Assembly: GCA_965200965.1 (NCBI GenBank)
Contig: OZ241744.1
Coordinates: 960,001-1,024,000, forward strand
DNA length: 64,000 nt
Source: an uncultured Candidatus Binatia bacterium
GTDB taxonomy: Bacteria; Desulfobacterota; Binatia; Bin18
Direction: 5' to 3'
Shown one piece after another: positions 29,032 to 38,355 of the stretch; positions within the stretch are counted from its first letter, which is position 1; every line of letters begins with the position of its first letter. The position numbers and the translations under genes were made by a program. The notes under the pieces were generated by a model. That model was not told the origin of the DNA. It worked only from the letters and a program-made list of their open reading frames with translations, and made no database searches.

Positions 29032-29047
29032 GTCCCAAAAATGGGAC
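29032..29047. promoter_or_regulatory. Perfect palindrome, putative autoregulatory site
   Basis: GTCCCA-AAAA-TGGGAC immediately upstream of the regulator start. Confidence 0.55.
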
Positions 29048-29086
29048 ACTAGATGATCTGGATACACGCCAGCCGGCCGCGCTGTG

Positions 29087-30199
29087 TCACAGTTTTGGCG
29101 AATAGCGCTGCGTGTCGTAATAGCGCTCGATATCCACCGTCTTGAGGGTGCTGACGGCCTCGCTCAGCGGTGCCAGCGACAGCCGGCAGGCCGGGGCCAC
29201 CCCCTCGGCGCTGACCATCTGGCCGAAAGCTCCCTCGGTCGCGGCATCGACCGCGGCCGCGCCAAACAGCCGGCCCATGATGCGGTCCACCACGCTTGGA
29301 GCGCCCCCGCGCTGACTATGGCCGATGATAAGCGCCCGGGCGTCAAAAGGCGTCTCTCGCCGGATGCAGTCGGCTAACAGGTTGCCAATGCCGCCCAGCC
29401 GCTCGTGGCCAAACGCGTCGCGGTCGGCGTCCCGCGTCACCAGGCCCTCATCACGCGCGGTCGCGCCCTCGGCCACCACGACAACCGCATAGCGGGGGTA
29501 ACGGCGATCGTGCTCGCCGCGTTCCAGACGGTCGGCCAGCAATTCATAGGCGTGGGTGTGGGAGAAAGGATATTCAGGAATCAGCGACATGGACGCCCCG
29601 CCGGCCATTGAGCTCCACAGGGCCAGGTGGCCGGCGTGGCGACCCATGACCTCAACGATCTGCACCCAATGGTGAGAGCCGGCCGGGGTACGGACCTGCT
29701 CAATCACCTCGGCGCAGTTCCGCAGTGCTGTATCAAAGCCGAGGCTGTAATCGGTGCGGTTCAGATCGTTGTCAATTGTCTTGGGGATGCCGACGATCCT
29801 GCCGCCCTGCTGGCACAGCCGGCTGGCGACCCCCAGCGTGTCTTCCCCGCCCAGAGCGATCACCGCGTCGAGTTGCAGGCGGTCGATATTGGCCAGCACC
29901 TCCCCGGAACGGTCGCTCGGCTCGGTCTGGCCGGGCAACGGAGTGCGAAACGGGTTGGTCCGCGACGAGCCGAGGTTGGTTCCTCCGTCACGGTCCCAGC
30001 GGCGGACCATATAGTCCTCCAGCCGCAGCCATTCCTGACAGCCCTCGTCCAGCAGACCGTGCCAGCCGTCGTACAGACCGATGACCTCAATACCCAGCGT
30101 GGTCGCTTTGTAGACAGTGGCTTTCAGCGCAGGATTCAGGCCAGGCGCGTCACCGCCCCCGGTCAAGAGCCCAATCCGTTTGATCTGTCGCATACTCAT
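29087..30199 (-). CDS. pfkA: 6-phosphofructokinase (PfkA family; ATP versus PPi specificity not resolved)
   Basis: GLLTGGGDAPGLN, GGTNLGSSRTNP, GGEDT, PKTIDND, GFDTA, EVMGRHAG, VAEG, GHSQRGG. Confidence 0.93.
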   Translation of the reverse strand: MSMRQIKRIGLLTGGGDAPGLNPALKATVYKATTLGIEVIGLYDGWHGLLDEGCQEWLRLEDYMVRRWDRDGGTNLGSSRTNPFRTPLPGQTEPSDRSGEVLANIDRLQLDAVIALGGEDTLGVASRLCQQGGRIVGIPKTIDNDLNRTDYSLGFDTALRNCAEVIEQVRTPAGSHHWVQIVEVMGRHAGHLALWSSMAGGASMSLIPEYPFSHTHAYELLADRLERGEHDRRYPRYAVVVVAEGATARDEGLVTRDADRDAFGHERLGGIGNLLADCIRRETPFDARALIIGHSQRGGAPSVVDRIMGRLFGAAAVDAATEGAFGQMVSAEGVAPACRLSLAPLSEAVSTLKTVDIERYYDTQRYSPKL

Positions 30200-30429
30200 A
30201 TGGCTTATCCTTTCTCTTGCTTTCCGGTTGAGCCCAGAGATAGGCTGCGGTCAGCAAAGGAGTTCACTATGCAGTTCCTGATTACCATCACCTGGCGCGC
30301 CGGCTCAACCGTCGCGCAGAACCGTTCAGCCGCCAGCGTTGAACCCAGAGGACCCCTCTTTTCTCCCGTCTGTCCGTGTATGGGAGACTTTGCTGAGCGT
30401 TTCTGTTGAGCCCGAAAAGGAGTAGAGCC

Positions 30430-32157
30430 ATGCCCCGCCTCGTCCTGTCCTGTTTTGTGTCCCTCTTTGTCCTTCTCCCTGGAGCCGGTCCGGGCTGGGG
30501 CCAGACCTCACCGCCCACCCTGGAGAGCCGGGTCCAAACTTTAGAGGCCACAGTCGCCAAGCTGACCCGCTACATTCAGGTGATTGAGAATGCAGCCACC
30601 AGCACTTACCACGGCCTCACAGGCCCGCATGTGGTCTTCACCGGGGCCAATGTCCACATCCGCAGCGGGTCGGGGGTGACCCATAAAGGGCGGTGGGTCA
30701 ACGGAGACTGGGAGAGCGAGGCGGTGGGGCTGGGCAATCTGATTATCGGCTACAACGAGGCGAACGATTCGCCGACTGCGGACACGGCCCAGCGGGGCGG
30801 CTCGCACAACCTGGTGATTGGGAAGAATCATCAGTACCTCACCTCCGGCGGGCTGGTGGCGGGGCATAACAACGTCATCTCCGGCTATGCGACCAGCGTG
30901 AGCGGGGGCCAGAGCAACACGGCGACCAGCAGCGTGTCGAGCGTGAGCGGCGGCTACCGTAACACGGCCAGTAACTGGGCGGCGAGCGTGAGCGGCGGCG
31001 AGCTCAACACGGCCAGCGGCGGGACTTCCAGCGTGAGCGGAGGATCCCTCAACCGAGCCACTAACACGAACGCCAGCGTGAGTGGGGGCCGGAAGAACAC
31101 AGCCAGCGGCAGAATATCCAGCGTGAGCGGCGGCTGGAGCAACACAGCCAGTGGTTATGGGGGCAGCGTGCTCGGCGGCAACAGCAACACGGCCATCGGC
31201 GGTAACTCCAGCGTGAGCGGCGGCGTTGGCAACACGACCCGAGGGAGTGACTCCAGCGTAAGCGGGGGCTTTGGCAACATCGCCGGCGGCTCGGCGACCA
31301 GCGTGCTGGGCGGCCAGCGTAACACGGCGACGAGCAGCGCGGCCAGCGTCGGCGGGGGCAGCGGCGTGACCGCGACCGGCGTGGCCGACTTCCGCCACCT
31401 CTGGCCTGCCTGCCTGACCACCGAAGCCGCGACCGGCCAAACCACGAAAGATGTGGTCTTTGAGGGCTGCAACATCCACATCCGCAACGGGTATAGCACC
31501 AAGCGGACCAATACCATCAACGGGCGCGGCAACCTGATCGTCGGCTACAACGAAGACAATCGCATCACCGTCGGGGTTGCCCCGCGGACCGCGGGCACCA
31601 ATGACCGCAGCGGTTCGCACAATGTGATAATTGGCCCCGAGCACGAGTACAGCGGTCATAGTGGCTTGGTGGTGGGCTTAGGGAACATCATCAGCGGTGA
31701 CTATGCCAGCGTGAGCGGCGGCAAAGACAACGAAGCAAGCGGTGACTATGCCAGCGTGAGCGGCGGACAGGACAACGAAGCGTGGGAAGACGCCTCGAGC
31801 GTGAGCGGCGGCTTCGGGAACACGGCCAGCGACTCGTATGCCAGCGTGAGCGGCGGACAGGACAACGAAGCGCGGGGCGACTATGCCAGCGTGAGCGGCG
31901 GCAAAGACAACGAAGCAAGCGGTGACCATGCCAGCGTGAGCGGCGGACAGAACAACGAAGCGCGGGGCGACTATGCCAGCGTGAGCGGCGGCAAAGACAA
32001 CGAAGCGCGGGGCGACTATGCCAGCGTGAGCGGCGGACAGGACAACGAAGCGCGGGGCGACTATGCCAGCGTGAGCGGCGGACAGAACAACACGGCGAGC
32101 GGGAAGCGGACCAGCATCAACGGGGGCAAGAACCAGACGGTCAGCGGCGACCTCTAG
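30430..32157 (+). CDS. Secreted duplicated beta-solenoid protein with 15-aa SVSGGxxNxAxGxxA repeats
   Basis: Signal peptide, short coiled coil, and two copies of a cap module (VVF.G.N.HIR.G...GNLI.GYNE...R.GSHN..IG), each followed by about 10 SVSGG repeats. Confidence 0.8.
   Translation: MPRLVLSCFVSLFVLLPGAGPGWGQTSPPTLESRVQTLEATVAKLTRYIQVIENAATSTYHGLTGPHVVFTGANVHIRSGSGVTHKGRWVNGDWESEAVGLGNLIIGYNEANDSPTADTAQRGGSHNLVIGKNHQYLTSGGLVAGHNNVISGYATSVSGGQSNTATSSVSSVSGGYRNTASNWAASVSGGELNTASGGTSSVSGGSLNRATNTNASVSGGRKNTASGRISSVSGGWSNTASGYGGSVLGGNSNTAIGGNSSVSGGVGNTTRGSDSSVSGGFGNIAGGSATSVLGGQRNTATSSAASVGGGSGVTATGVADFRHLWPACLTTEAATGQTTKDVVFEGCNIHIRNGYSTKRTNTINGRGNLIVGYNEDNRITVGVAPRTAGTNDRSGSHNVIIGPEHEYSGHSGLVVGLGNIISGDYASVSGGKDNEASGDYASVSGGQDNEAWEDASSVSGGFGNTASDSYASVSGGQDNEARGDYASVSGGKDNEASGDHASVSGGQNNEARGDYASVSGGKDNEARGDYASVSGGQDNEARGDYASVSGGQNNTASGKRTSINGGKNQTVSGDL
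30895..31380 (+). repeat. Degenerate 45-bp coding tandem repeat, about 11 units
   Basis: agcgtgagcgg(c/g)gg-like unit recurs every 45 nt. Confidence 0.8.
31696..32154 (+). repeat. Highly homogeneous 45-bp coding tandem repeat, about 10 units
   Basis: Units such as gccagcgtgagcggcggacaggacaacgaagcgcggggcgactat recur nearly identically. Confidence 0.9.
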
Positions 32158-32502
32158 TCCTGATGCGGTCTTCTGGGGCTGGAGGGCCGTGGTCCCCGCC
32201 CGCCCCGTCCTGGGGCTGGCCTTGTTGACGGGCTACGCACCAGCCCCACCCGCATTCCGTCGGGGCTTTTGTGTCCGCAGGGGGCAAAACGTATGCCATA
32301 CGCAGGCTGCGCAGCCCGGTCGCTGGCAGCGCGCTCGTGCTTGTTGTTCCAGGTACGGAAGAGCCGAGACACCTGAGCCGATATCTCAGAGCCTTATTTT
32401 ATCACCGCAATATCACTTTTTCGGCTTGACTGTTGGCCGCGGCCCAGGCCAGGATGGGCGCAAGGAGGAAGGGGAATCTTCGCGCATAAGGAGGTCGTAG
32501 TC

Positions 32503-33048
32503 ATGGCAGTAGATATCAGCGAGGGTTTGCAAGAAGAAGAGCAGATCATGGCCGAGCGGGCGGCTCCTGCCCAGCGCCGGCTGGAAGAGAGCGCGCTGCA
32601 CGAACCGATCAGCATCCTGCCCTATGTGCCGCCCCTGAATGTCAGTCCCCAGACGAGTGTAGCTGAGGCCGTGCGCCTCATGCGGGAGCAGCGGGTGGGC
32701 TGTGTTCTGGTCCAGGAGGCCAACCGCCTCGTCGGCATTTTTACAGAGCGCGACCTGTTATACAAAGTGCTGGACAGGGCTCAGGACTTGACCCAGGTTC
32801 TGGTCGAATCTGTGATGACGCCAGACCCGGAAGCCCTGCCCACAGACGCTCCGCTGGCTTTTGCCCTCAACCGTATGGGAGAAGGCGGCTTTCGGCGCAT
32901 CCCGCTTGTGGACGAAGCCCATCGGCCGGTCGGCATGCTGTCGGTCAAGCACATTATTTCCTATCTGGCCGAGTTCTTCCCTGAGGCTGTGCTCAACCTC
33001 CCCCCCCAGGCTGAACTGCTGCACCCCGGCGATATTGACGGGGGCTGA
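32503..33048 (+). CDS. CBS-domain protein
   Basis: VGCVLV...LVGIFTERDL, VMTPDPE, FRRIPLVD...VGMLSVKHI; RBS AAGGAGG. Confidence 0.88.
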   Translation: MAVDISEGLQEEEQIMAERAAPAQRRLEESALHEPISILPYVPPLNVSPQTSVAEAVRLMREQRVGCVLVQEANRLVGIFTERDLLYKVLDRAQDLTQVLVESVMTPDPEALPTDAPLAFALNRMGEGGFRRIPLVDEAHRPVGMLSVKHIISYLAEFFPEAVLNLPPQAELLHPGDIDGG

Positions 33049-33061
33049 GGGGTGCCACGCC

Positions 33062-33862
33062 TCAACCGACCCGGGCACTCTGCCCGCCGTCAACCGGCAG
33101 AATCACGCCGGTAATAAACCGGGCTTCGTCCGAGGCCAGAAACAGCGAGGCATAGGCGATATCCCAGCCTGTGCCCATTTTTCTCCCCAAGGGCACCTGA
33201 GCGTCGCGTTCTTCCCGGAGGGCCTCTTTGGACATATGACGCGCGGCCGAAATGCCCTCAATCGCCATCGGGGTGTCCATCAGACCGGGCATAATGGCGT
33301 TGACCCGAATGCCGTATCTGGCATTGCCAAGTGCCATCTGGTGGGTCATGGCGTTGATGCCGGCCTTGGAAGTTTTATAGGCCAGCATGCCGACCGAGCA
33401 CACCGCGGCAATTGAGGAGATGCTGATGATGCTGCCACGGCCCTGCTCGCGCATCACCGGCAGGCTCTGCTTACACGGCAGGAAAACGCTCTTCATGTTG
33501 ACATCCATGATCCGGTCCCAGGCTTCTTCTTCAAGGTGGGTGGGACCTGAGTCGCGGTCTCCAATGCCGACATTATTATGTAGAATATCAAGGCGGCCGA
33601 ACTGTTGGACACAGCACTCAACCATGCTCCGACAGTCGTCCGAGTTGGTAGCATCGGCCCGGAAGGCGACGGCATGGCCGCCCTCTGTGGCGATCATCTG
33701 GCAGGTGTCTTGGGCTGACTCCAGCCGTCGGTCTACCACCAACACCCGAGCACCTTCGCGGGCATAGACAATAGCGGTGGCCCGGCCGTTGCCGATCGTA
33801 TCGCCCGGTGTTTGCCCTGCCCCAACAACAATCGCCACCTTGTCTTTGAGTCGGTCTGCCAT
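33062..33862 (-). CDS. SDR oxidoreductase
   Basis: KVAIVVGAG...IGNGRA, LHNNVG, ISS, YKTSK, IRVNAIMPG, VDGG. Confidence 0.92.
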   Translation of the reverse strand: MADRLKDKVAIVVGAGQTPGDTIGNGRATAIVYAREGARVLVVDRRLESAQDTCQMIATEGGHAVAFRADATNSDDCRSMVECCVQQFGRLDILHNNVGIGDRDSGPTHLEEEAWDRIMDVNMKSVFLPCKQSLPVMREQGRGSIISISSIAAVCSVGMLAYKTSKAGINAMTHQMALGNARYGIRVNAIMPGLMDTPMAIEGISAARHMSKEALREERDAQVPLGRKMGTGWDIAYASLFLASDEARFITGVILPVDGGQSARVG

Positions 33863-33911
33863 ACGTCCTCCTCTGCGGCAGGGGTGCGTACCCTGCGGTG
33901 TTTCAGCGGAC

Positions 33912-33926
33912 GCTAGCACCGTGCCA
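33912..33926 (-). promoter_or_regulatory. Possible sigma54 promoter for the SDR gene
   Basis: TGGCACGGTGCTAGC, GG-N10-GC spacing, but TAGC instead of TTGC; about 50 bp upstream of the ATG. Confidence 0.45.
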
Positions 33927-34111
33927 ACCCAAGCACAAGAAAGGGGGTGCTGACCGGATTAGTCTGGCTTATACTTGTTCCTTTTGCATTTCATGTCTGT
34001 TCCACAACACCCGTCTTGACTGAATGAACGCTCATGTCATATTTGTAGCCGTAGACAAAAACACGCGCGATTGCGAGAGCGCATCCGCTCAGGTCGCACC
34101 CAGGAGGCATA

Positions 34112-35568
34112 ATGACGCACCGGGCTGTTCAGCTCGTCGCACTGCTCGTCTTGACGGCTCTTCCAGCCGAAGCCCGACTGCTGGCGGCCCAAGACACCGT
34201 CCAGCGGAGTTGGAAAACCCTTGAGGAACTGTCCACACAGGAACGCCGAGACATTGACCTGGCGACTGACACGCCCCGTCACCCCGAGGTGGCCTATCTG
34301 CCGGCCGAGGCCTACCCGTTTACCCCCCTTACACCGCGGAAGAAATGGGCTACCGGGTTATGGAATACAACCCGCGTCCGCGTTGGTCGGGAGTAGTCGC
34401 CAACAGTTGGGCCTCTATTGGCGACTCTGGGGTGCTGCTGAATCCCGGCAAATCCATCACCTTTGTTGATTATGCGCCAACCGAGCGCGGACTGACCGGG
34501 GTGCAGGCCGAGTTTCGTCTCAAGGCTGGCGAGGAAGTCTACCGTTCGCTGAGCCAGGGCGTCGCCCCGCCGGCGGCCGAGGGATCACAGTGGATTGCGA
34601 TCCATTATCGGACCGATAAGAGCTTTTACAAAAAGGAAGAGCGTTTCCGCTATTCGCCGTCTATCCGGCGGGTGCGCCACCAGGTTCCCCGGCGACGCCA
34701 GAACCGTTTTCCCAACATGGCCCTGACGCCGGATGACTCGTATGGGCGTGACGCCTGGGAGTTCAGCTGGCGTATACTGGGCACTGACGTGGTGTATCAG
34801 ACGGTGCGTTTTCCACACACGCGCCCGACGATTACGCTCCGAGACAGCCACACCGAAGAATTTCGAGCGTATCAGACCCAGTCGCTCAAACTGATGGGAG
34901 ACACTTACGCCCACTACACCGCTGAGGGCGGGGTTGAGTGCTACGTCGTTGAGGCCATTGCGCGGGAAGACTGGCTGCCGGACTATTATGTGCCGCGTCT
35001 GATCTTCTGGCTGGACAAACACGCGTTTTTTCCCCTGCGGATCGAACAGTATGGCCCGGACGGCAGGCTGATCCATATTGAGGTCCGCATGGCTGACCTG
35101 TTCAATCCGGCCCTGGGCAAGCGGGGGTATGGGACCCGTTTTATTGTCCATTGGCACATTCCGCCCGATATCATGTCCTACATGTCCAACGACAGCCACA
35201 AGGTGATCGAGTGGGATGCGCGGGAAGCCGAGATTTATTTCAATCCCGACTTCCTGCGCCGTCAGTGGTATCTCGACACCTCAATCAAAACCCAGGCTGA
35301 GGTGAGGTATCCAGAAGAGTTCTTCCTGCGCCCGAGCATTTGGCCGGACAAGTTTCCAGACCAGCGGCCGATAGAGCTGTCGGCTGCCATGCAGGCCAAG
35401 CTGCAAGCCCAGAACGCGGCCAAGCGGCTGGTTTTCCGGGGCGAAACCCCGCCTGTTCAGGTGACGGCCGAGACCCCGGCCTCCTCAGACCAGTCCGCCG
35501 CTCAACCCGGCGTCGGCCAGCAAGACACGACGGCCCGCTATGTCCGCAATCCGGCCAGCCGACGCTGA
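34112..35568 (+). pseudogene. DUF1329-like periplasmic protein, frameshifted in a C6 run at 34323-34328 (possibly a sequencing error)
   Basis: The signal-peptide ORF 34112-34396 joins ORF 34345-35568 if one C is added (YPFTPPYTAEEMGY). Motifs YSPSIRRVR, WRILG, CYVVEA, IEQY. Confidence 0.7.
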
Positions 35569-35578
35569 CTTTCCTCCT

Positions 35579-35619
35579 GCGGGTGGGAGGCCGGATGCCC
35601 TCCTGAGCCTCCCGCCCGC
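35579..35619. terminator. GC-rich hairpin between convergent genes
   Basis: GCGGGTGGGAGGC...GCCTCCCGCCCGC, 13-bp stem with one G-U pair; no clear U tract. Confidence 0.4.
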
Positions 35620-35767
35620 GCCCTCCGCTCCGTCAATGGTTTCGTTGAAAGGCCGTGATCGCCCATGTATTATGATGATGCTGCACAATTTCATGCCGAA
35701 AACTGTGAGGAGGGCCGGCGGGCCTTTCCCGAAAAACGCCACGCACACTTCAGCGGAAAATACGGCC

Positions 35768-36640
35768 TCACAACTCCCCGACCCGCCGCGAGGTCGTGGC
35801 CTCCCCGGTACTGCCCCGGTTGACATGGCTGTTGTGCGCTTGGGCCTCCTGCCTGAGCGAAAAGCGCCGCCACATGTCCGGGCCGACCGCGGTCAGCCCG
35901 CCGTCAACGACGAGGGCTTCGCCGGTGACAAAGGCCGCGTCCTGACTGGCCAGAAACAGGGCTGCGCCGGCAATGTTCTCCCCCTTGCCGTGTTCCGGCC
36001 AGGGCTGAAAGCCGGCCAGGGCCCGGGCCGCGGCCGGCGGGTCACCCCGGTCGGTGAGTCCGGTCAGAATCGCCCCTGGGCAAATGGCGTTGACCCGAAT
36101 CCGATCGGGGGCGAGTTGAACGGCGGACGATTTGGTCAGGTTGATCACCGCGGCTTTGGCCGCGGAATAGACCAGCGGCCCGGAACCGCCGCTCAGCCCC
36201 GCGGTTGAGGCGGTATTGATGATTGAGCCGCCCCAGCCCTGTTTCTTCATGGCCCGGGCGGCATGCTTGATGCCCAGAAACACGCCCTTGGTCAGCACAT
36301 CAAACGTATAGTCCCACTCCTCAAGCGCAATATCCCACACCGGGCCGACCACGCCCCCTACCCCGGCGTTATTGAAGAGGATGTCCAGCTGGCCGAACTC
36401 AGACACCGCCAGTTCAATCAGGGCTACGACATCGGCCTCTCTGGCAACATCGGTACGGATAAAGCGGACCGCGTCCGCATGGCCGGCCTCACGCGCCAGA
36501 CCGAGCGTTTTTTCGCCGTTGGCGGCATTGTAATCGGCAATAACGACGCGCGCGCCTTCGTCAAGAAAACGCCCAACCGTTGCCCGACCCATTCCGCTCG
36601 CCCCACCGGTAATCACTGCAACCCTGCCTTCCAGTCTCAT
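35768..36640 (-). CDS. SDR oxidoreductase
   Basis: TGGASGMG, FNNAG, TAS, YSAAK, IRVNAICPG, VDGG. Confidence 0.93.
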   Translation of the reverse strand: MRLEGRVAVITGGASGMGRATVGRFLDEGARVVIADYNAANGEKTLGLAREAGHADAVRFIRTDVAREADVVALIELAVSEFGQLDILFNNAGVGGVVGPVWDIALEEWDYTFDVLTKGVFLGIKHAARAMKKQGWGGSIINTASTAGLSGGSGPLVYSAAKAAVINLTKSSAVQLAPDRIRVNAICPGAILTGLTDRGDPPAAARALAGFQPWPEHGKGENIAGAALFLASQDAAFVTGEALVVDGGLTAVGPDMWRRFSLRQEAQAHNSHVNRGSTGEATTSRRVGEL

Positions 36641-36807
36641 TGCGGCTGCCTCCTTTCGTCAATGCTGCCCACTATAGCGCACTTTGGCCCGGCCGACAGC
36701 ACCGCGCCCTGCGCCGGCTGGCTGAAGAAGTCCTGCCGGCCAGCCGTGACCTCGCAGGAAGTTTCAGGCTGCGAACCTGCCGCAGTTGGGGAAATATGCG
36801 TGCCCAC

Positions 36808-36888
36808 AGGCATGGATTGTCATGCAGATTCGCAAGGCCATGACGCAAGCCGAGCAGCGCTACATGCTAACCGGGATTGTCAAGATGA
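36808..36888 (+). mobile_element. Possible IS1595-family transposase remnant
   Basis: AWIVMQIRKAMTQAEQRYMLTGIVKM resembles the TAW...IRxAM...LxGIVEMDE segment of IS1595 transposases. The match is very short. Confidence 0.35.
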
Positions 36889-37540
36889 TGGAGAAGACAC
36901 AACCATTGAAGGTCATTGCAGGCGCACCAGACAAACCACTCATTATCGGAGATATTGAGATTCCCTGCTATGTCCTGGAAGATGAAACACGGGTGTTGAG
37001 TCAACGTGGAGTGACCAGTGCCATTAAGTTAAATCCAGATGTCGGCTTTAGGATGCCGCAATTTCTGTCATCTAAAGCCCTGAAGCCCTTTATTTCTCAG
37101 GAGTTACAGCGGGCTTTTTCTCGCCCTATTCAGTTCAAAAATCCATCCTGGAGAAGTTCATCGCCAAAGAGTTGCAACCCTGGACCAAGACATTCCCCTA
37201 TGAGTTCTACCAGCAGATTTTTCGCCTCAAAGGCTGGCCGGGACCAGAGGGCGTCCGGGGGCCGCGTGTCTTAGGACACTATACGAACGATCTTGTCTAC
37301 GAACGCCCAGCCCCCGGGGTCCTCTCTGAGCTGCGCCGGCTCAACCCGAAGATGCCCCACGGGAGCCGCAAGAACAAACACCACCAGTGGTTCACCCCGG
37401 GCTTGGGACATCCCAAACTCAAGGAGCATCTGGCCGCCGTCATCATGTTGATGAAGGCGGCACCGAATTGGCAGCATTTCAAACGGAGTCTGGACCGCGG
37501 CGCTCCCAAGCTCAACGACACGCTCCCGCTGCCGTTTTGA
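36885..37540 (+). pseudogene. P63C-domain protein (phage Mx8 p63-like) with internal deletion and frameshift near 37145
   Basis: LIIGDIEIPCYVLEDETRVLSQRG N-part; after the junction ILEKFIAKELQPWTKTFPYEFY.QIFRLKGW...TNDLVYER..PGVL.EL...KHHQW...GHPKLKEHL in another frame. Confidence 0.8.
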
Positions 37541-37676
37541 AGAAGGTATTTTTGCGTCATGCCTCTGTTTGGATCAATCGTTTCGAGAAAGGACGTTCCG
37601 TTTTCTTCCTCCACATACGGAACTTGCAGAGCCGGCCAGGAAGGGGTATACGAGGGATGAACCGAGGGGGCCAGCT

Positions 37677-38294
37677 ATGCGCACAATCTACTATCATCCG
37701 CTGTCAACCTTTGCCCGCCGGGTCCGTATTGCACTGATTGAAAAAGGGCTGGACAGGGACACCGAGTTTGTTGAGGTCGATATGTTCGCCGAGGCCCACA
37801 AACACCAGCCCTATCTGTCGCTCAACCCCTACGGCCGGGTGCCGACCCTGCGGGAAGACGACGGCTTTGTGCTGTACGAGTCCACCGCTATTCTGGAATA
37901 TGTGGAAGCCCTCCACCCCACCCCGCGGCTGGTCCCGGCCGATGCGCGTGGACGTGGGCGTGTGTCGCAGCACATGAAACTGTGCGACCTGCAACTCACC
38001 CGCCAGACCGGGACGATCATCTTTCCCAGACGTTTTCTGCCCCAGGACCGCTGGAACGCCGCGGCGATGGATCAGGCCAAACGGGAGATTGAGAGCCACC
38101 TCGAAATTCTCGACCGCCAGCTCCAGGACACAGACTATGTGGTCGGCAACAACTACAGCCTGGTTGAGGTGTGCTACACCCCGTTTGTTGAGTTCTTTCC
38201 CCTGATGGAAATCACCCCGCCGCCCCACGTCGCCGCCTGGACCGCCCGGATACTCGCCCGGCCCAGCGCCCAGGCAACCAAACCAGCCCGCTAG
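37677..38294 (+). CDS. Glutathione S-transferase family protein
   Basis: STFARRVRIAL.EKGL, LNPYGRVPTL, LYESTAILEY. Confidence 0.9.
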   Translation: MRTIYYHPLSTFARRVRIALIEKGLDRDTEFVEVDMFAEAHKHQPYLSLNPYGRVPTLREDDGFVLYESTAILEYVEALHPTPRLVPADARGRGRVSQHMKLCDLQLTRQTGTIIFPRRFLPQDRWNAAAMDQAKREIESHLEILDRQLQDTDYVVGNNYSLVEVCYTPFVEFFPLMEITPPPHVAAWTARILARPSAQATKPAR

Positions 38295-38355
38295 GAAGCG
38301 GTCATGCCAGACGAACTGAGGGAGCAGGGCCACATTCGTGGCTTGATACGAGCGC

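Noticed and set aside
30541-31659. 372-aa antisense ORF with AAAHA repeats
   Set aside because: It is the mirror of the SVSGG repeat gene on the other strand.
31696-32154. CRISPR array
   Set aside because: The 45-bp period is an in-frame coding repeat with no unique spacers and no cas genes.
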